Shown: positions 57,936 through 64,000 of the stretch, piece after piece
How positions within the stretch are numbered: the stretch's first letter is position 1
Layout of the letters: each line of letters begins with the position of its first letter
Assembly (NCBI RefSeq): GCF_001194135.2
Contig: NC_068988.1
Coordinates: forward strand, 42,301,443 to 42,365,442
Origin: Octopus bimaculoides
Lineage: Eukaryota
DNA length: 64,000 bases
Direction: 5' to 3'
Translations under genes and position numbers: made by a program
Notes under the pieces: generated by a model
What the model saw: the letters and a program-made list of their open reading frames with translations, nothing else
Told to the model about the DNA's origin: nothing
Databases searched by the model: none

Positions 57936-60900
57936 TTTTCTTACTAGTCTAGTTTATAACCACAGAAATATAGTCAGTTACTAAATAGTACATATGAGGC
58001 ATTTAGTAACAGTGTCGCAAGCGCCACCCCAACCATTTTCGAGGTTAGTATATCATTTTCGTTGTCTCGATGTCTAGAATTCAAAAAAGATGAACGGAGA
58101 AGACCCGGTGAGGCTTGCAATAAGGTTGAAAATCCGGCTGAAAAATATTGTACCTTGATGCTATTGATATGATGCTCACTCGCTCAGTTCAATCCAGAGA
58201 CTTTAGGAATACACCATCGTAAGCACACACAATCAATAACTTTGGTGTGGTCCCTGTATTATTTTTCGAGGTGTAATGGCTCATTTTCTAATATTCTTCG
58301 TTACCATCATAACAATAACAGGCTATTATCTTACTATCTTGTCTTACTTACCTCTTAAAGATACTCGGTATATTAAAACACAAACAATACCATTGGTGGG
58401 GTCTCTATGTTTTTGCTCAGTATTATGGCTAAAATATGTAATGCGATACATCGTTTCGTAATACCGGTATATTCTACAAAATGAGAACGACACAGTCATT
58501 GTTTTAATTTTTCAGATGCATATTTAAATAATTTTACATAGGTGGAATGATTAGAGGAGATCTTCATGGCCATTTTAAAACCAAAACCAGCTTCCTAACT
58601 TCATTCCTTTCCGAGATATTACATTCTGAAAGTTGCAAAAACTTTGACTGCATTTTTCTTGGTTTTTAAGTTGTGGTGCTCATGGTGGTCTGTTACTAAA
58701 TGCCTCATATGATGCAAGGATACAAGTAAAGGTGATGGTGCTGTGAACACAGCTGCATTCTGCTTAAGGTTTAATTTACTTGATCTGTTCACTTACTGCC
58801 ATCATTTTGACAAAGATAAGATTCTGTTCTATTTATATCTTATGTATTTCTATCTGTATTGTTTCTCAAGGCTCCTTATGAGTCCACTGGTCAAGGTTCA
58901 ACTGTTATCATCACGTGGTGGTAGTGATGGCAGTACCTTATCAACTGGACTTTGTTAAAAGTCACACTTGGTGCCTACTACTTATTAGGTTTAACCTGGA
59001 TTCCCCAAACTTTTGCTTGGGTATATTTGTGTGTGTGTGTGTGGGGGGGTGTATTTTTTATGCATGTGGACACGTGTGTTTGTGTGGACATGCTTGTGTG
59101 TATGTGGTTTTAGTCTGTACTGTTGATATTAATTTGGAGATGTTTATACTTCATGGGTGTGTGTACTTCATGCCCTTGCTTGTTACGATGTCATGTATAT
59201 GCAAATATTTGGAGACATTCATTCATACTCTGTGTGTATATTTTGAGTTGGATTTATTCATTTGGAAATCCATGAATGCTTATTTATTATGTATGCATGT
59301 TTGATGTTTGTGTTTAAAGTATCTGTTGATAAGTAAAACTGTTCATTTTCTGAATACATATACATAGGAGAGTAGTTTAATGTAGTGTGTTTGTTTGGAG
59401 TAGTGTGTTAAATAAGATATTGTTGAATGACATTAGACATAAGTAGCAATTTAGATCAGATAAAGCACAACAAGCTCACTGTTGTTTTTTTTATCTCTAT
59501 CAAATAGCTACTTATGATGTCTGATATTCTGTGTATTTATGGCACCAAATTGGCTGTGTTGCCAGATTGTCAAATAGATTACCTTGTAGTATATATATTC
59601 CAACTCTCTACATTCTTTGTTCAAATAGCACTGATGTTAATTTTGCCTTCTTTCATCCTTTCTGGATCGATAAATAAAATACTAGTCCTCTACTGAAGTC
59701 AGTTCTCCTCTTTGTGTCTGTTTCTCTGTAAGAAATCAACTATGTTCAGACCTGGAGAGGGATGAGCTCCACAAGATTTCAAATTGCCCATGATGTGTTG
59801 TATATCATTATAACATCTATAGCTCCATCAAGAACTGCGAGTCCAAGATAATTGTGTTCATTTATGCTTTGCCTGTCCAAAGCATTTTCATAAGTTTCTT
59901 CTGAATGTCCATGCTTGTTTTTAGACAGTTTCATACATTATTTTTAGTTTAGTTTCATACATTCTGAGTAGTATAAAACTTTCTTTTCATAAGTCCCAAG
60001 TTACTCTGGTGTTGAAGAAAATTGGGGATGTTCCTCATTTGTGATGCTTGGATGCAAGGGAAATATGTCCTATGTATCATATGTGATTCACAGAACAGGC
60101 AAATTGTTAATGTCTTAGCTGCTAACTTAGGAAAAATTTCAAGTTGATTTATTCTAGCAGGTAAATAAGTACCTGATTTCACTAGGGATTGTTGTAGATA
60201 GCCCCAAGTCATGATCACAGGAAAAGTTGTTGATGAGAATTACCAACAAAATCAAAGCTGATAAATATGCACAGATGTTGCAAATTAAGTTTAATTACCA
60301 ATAAATATCTACTTGGATGACTCTTTACTCAACCAACAGAGGAAGGTGACCAGTCAAACTGATTATGTAAACAGAATTCTTCTTCGCCTATTTTTGTCAG
60401 AACCTTTGATATGGAGTATCGAAATTTTAATCCCTTTCACACTTGTAAAATGTCAAGCAAACTTAAAAATTTGTCATTACCATTATTGTCAGTATGGACA
60501 GAACTTATGAATCGTTTGCTGTGAAGGAGAAATTAAATATGTGCTACATTGTGATAAGTAGAAACTCCAAGCAATGTAAAATATGGCCCAGACCATGTTT
60601 ACCAGCATGAACGTCAGACTTCAAAAGCTAGTTAACCATTCAATGGTTTTGGTAAATTTATACAGAAAAAGTAAGCATTATACTGTCCAGCATGTATAAA
60701 AGTCAACTTCATTATGCATATTTAAACCATTATTTTTTCTGTAAAAACCTATTCTGACATTAAATGAGTCAACTTCCGGTGCAAATGTTTGTTTTGTACA
60801 TCTTTTTTCAACAACAAAAATTTCAAAACAAATTCTGAAAACAATCTACTTATGTAATTTATGCACCCACTAAAGCTTATTTTTATTTTTGCAAAAAAAA

Positions 60901-61247
60901 AATGTGCATAAATTACATGGGTTTTTATGGTACATTTAAGGCACACACACACACATATATATATACACACCACTATCCTGAAGAAATATGCAGGCTCATT
61001 CTATACTGTTGTTAGCATCCTGGTTATGAATGAAATTAACTCTGACCAGAAGTTAGTTTGAAATTATGCAATTATTTCAATAGATATATGTAGTTACCAA
61101 GAACCTTAGGTAAATTCTAGATTTCATCCAACCCTCCCTAACAATTTGTATATGTCTGAAACATATTTAGGTACAGAAAATGTTTTGTGTGTGAGTGTAT
61201 GTATATATGTGCCAGTTTGGAAAACAGATATTAAATACATACACATA

Positions 61248-61420
61248 CAGGAGGCGCAGGAGTGGCTGTGTGGTAAGTAGCTTGCTTACTAACCACATGG
61301 TTTTGGGTTCAGTCCCACTGCGTGGCACCTTGGGCAAGTGTCTTCTACTACAGCCTCGGGCCGACCAAAGCCTTGCGAGTGGATTTGGTAGACGGAAACT
61401 GAAAGAAGCCCATCGTGTAT
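61248..61420 (+). mobile_element. SINE family A, well-preserved 5' half running into (TA)n and an N gap
   Basis: aggcgcaggagtggctgtgtggtaagtagcttgcttactaaccacatggttttgggttcagtcccactgcgtggcacc.. Confidence 0.85.
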
Positions 61421-62048
61421 GTGTATATATATATATATATATATATNNNNNNNNNNNNNNNNNNNNNNNNNNNNNNNNNNNNNNNNNNNNNNNNNNNNNN
61501 NNNNNNNNNNNNNNNNNNNNNNNNNNNNNNNNNNNNNNNNNNNNNNNNNNNNNNNNNNNNNNNNNNNNNNNNNNNNNNNNNNNNNNNNNNNNNNNNNNNN
61601 NNNNNNNNNNNNNNNNNNNNNNNNNNNNNNNNNNNNNNNNNNNNNNNNNNNNNNNNNNNNNNNNNNNNNNNNNNNNNNNNNNNNNNNNNNNNNNNNNNNN
61701 NNNNNNNNNNNNNNNNNNNNNNNNNNNNNNNNNNNNNNNNNNNNNNNNNNNNNNNNNNNNNNNNNNNNNNNNNNNNNNNNNNNNNNNNNNNNNNNNNNNN
61801 NNNNNNNNNNNNNNNNNNNNNNNNNNNNNNNNNNNNNNNNNNNNNNNNNNNNNNNNNNNNNNNNNNNNNNNNNNNNNNNNNNNNNNNNNNNNNNNNNNNN
61901 NNNNNNNNNNNNNNNNNNNNNNNNNNNNNNNNNNNNNNNNNNNNNNNNNNNNNNNNNNNNNNNNNNNNNNNNNNNNNNNNNNNNNNNNNNNNNNNNNNNN
62001 NNNNNNNNNNNNNNNNNNNNNNNNNNNNNNNNNNNNNNNNNNNNNNNN

Positions 62049-62083
<35 letters not shown>

Positions 62084-63593
62084 GTAGTATAATTCCAGTT
62101 ATTAGCCAAGTTCATCATGATGATCAGCCTGTCACTTTTTTTTTTACTAGGAGGTGGGGCAAACAGTTCTGTCTGGTGAGTGAAGTTGTGCAGAGTGGAA
62201 ATAACTGAAAGGACTAAATACAAGCACTATTCTCTTTGGCCAGTTTCACAAGAAGGCGGAGGGGTGGAGAGGGAGGTACTGCCCTCCAGTAAATTTGATG
62301 AAAGGTGGAAGAGAGTAGCTAGCATGTTTCTGTACACTGTAGAATGACATTGGGGAGATGGAATTTATTCTTGGTAGTCAGGATAATCCAAGAACTGCAA
62401 TGTTTCTTTGATTTACTCAGTGGTTTTTTTTTATTTGAACATTGCTCTAGTACTTTATGTATGAAGTCCATTCTATACCACCAGCCTTCATTTTATTTCA
62501 TTTAGTTTCAGAGTAAGTCTCCACACTTGCTGTAACCTGTCCCTGTAATGTTCTTTTAGTCATCACCTTTTTGGCAGCAATAAAGAATTATTATAATGTG
62601 AATTGACAATATCTGTATAGTATTTGATGAAGTGATGTCTAATTATATTCTGTTGTTCTGAGTTCAAATCTCACCCGGATCTGATAAAATGTGTACCATT
62701 CAATTACCTAGAGTCAAGATAATCTATACCTCACCACAGAGAATTTATGGCTTTGAACTGTCACATCTTTGTTACAATACTAGGAGATATAAGTTAAAGG
62801 AACAATACTTTATAGCATTTATGTCTCTTTATTTATTGAGTTCAAATCCTATTGAGATCAGTTTTCCCTTTCATCCTCCTAGGGTTTGACAAAATTAATA
62901 TCAATCATATATTTTTCATTAGGTATGCCTTTCAGAAAGTTCTGTGGGTTACAGGTCGCCCATGACTGCAGTAGAGTATTTTTCTTTTCTTTTTCTTCTT
63001 TCACTTGTTTCAGTCATTAGACTGAGGTCATGCTAGGGCACCACCTTGAATTTTAGTTGAACAAATCAAGCCCAGGACTTTTGTTTTGTTTTAAGCCTGG
63101 TACTTATTTTGTTGGTCTCTTTTACTGAACTGGTAAATTACAAGGACATAAACATACCAACACTGGCTGTGAAGTGATGATGGGGGGGGACACACATATA
63201 TATGGTGGGCTTTTTTCAGTTTCTGTCTACCAAATCCACTCACAAGGCTTTGGTTGGACCAAGGCTGTAATAAAAAAACACTTGCCCAAGGTGCAATGCA
63301 GTGGGACTGAACGCAGAATCGTGTGGTTGGGGATCAAAATTCTTACCACATAATCATGCCTGAATAAAATGTCTTGCACTCCAAGTACAAATTCTATCAT
63401 AGTTTTGAATTTATTCTTTTAGTTTCTTTAAATCAATAAAATAAGTATCAGTTCAGTAAAGGTGACAATATTGTTGACACTCCCTGTGTTAGTTATTGAT
63501 CTACTTTACACCAAACTACTATCTGGTTTACTGAAGGAGATGGGTAATAATGGTGCTAGTCACATTTTACTTCTCTCGAAGTGGAAACGTTTC

Positions 63594-63785
63594 TTTACAC
63601 AGGAAAATGTAAATGTTGTGTGTGTGTCGTGATGTTAATTAACTTGTGTGTATGTGTGTGTGTAGTTTGCTTTTTATCTACGTGTATGTAAATTTTACAC
63701 AGGAAAATGCGAATGTTGTGTCTGTGTTGTGATGTTAATTAACTTGTGTGTGTATGTGTGTGTAGTTTATCTGTGTGTAAATGCA
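63594..63785. repeat. ~100-bp tandem duplication
   Basis: tttacacaggaaaatg..gtgatgttaattaacttgtgtgt..gtagttt occurs twice. Confidence 0.8.
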
Positions 63786-64000
63786 AGTTATGGGTGTGCT
63801 TGTTTCATTCTTACCATATCACCACTTTGTCATAATAGGTATATATATATGTGACTATGAACTAATAAATATATATTTATTATATATATATGTGTACATG
63901 TGTATGTATATATATATGGTGGTCTACTGCTTATATTGTGTCTATGTAAAACACATGCATACATAAACTCATAACACATGCATACACACACACACACACA

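Noticed and set aside
61195-62223. Longest ORFs in the track (222-295 aa), and similar ORFs at 6975-7546, 26334-26591 and 4029-4554
   Set aside because: They are made of N gaps and (TA)n/(TG)n microsatellites.

Overview
AT-rich, microsatellite- and repeat-dense animal genomic DNA with several N gaps. The repeat families, intron style and protein sequences suggest a mollusc, most likely an octopus (inference, not verified). Genes read from the sequence: (1) a complete 7-exon COPS5/CSN5 (JAB1) gene on the minus strand (CDS 23008->12557, 362 aa, intact JAMM motif, extended C-terminus). (2) The first coding exon of a BIG1/BIG2-type ARF-GEF (ARFGEF1/2) on the plus strand (30988-31111), head-to-head with COPS5; I found no further ARFGEF exon in the remaining ~33 kb. 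(3) An unidentified minus-strand exon (~3208->2547) with a SPAK/OSR1-docking RFQV motif, interrupted by one in-frame TGA. The rest is mostly transposon material: Penelope-like RT/GIY-YIG relics, RTE and CR1 LINE relics, a DD37D (maT) and a mariner transposase relic, foldback MITEs, at least three SINE families and a 30-bp minisatellite. The most notable observations are an apparently intact type I hammerhead ribozyme (26631-26722), further hammerhead motifs beside Penelope relics, the in-frame stop in the RFQV exon, a GIY-YIG domain split by a ~400-nt insertion, and COPS5-ARFGEF linkage that also exists in human 8q13. Exon and ribozyme coordinates were read base by base; repeat boundaries are approximate. 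No database searches or folding programs were run.
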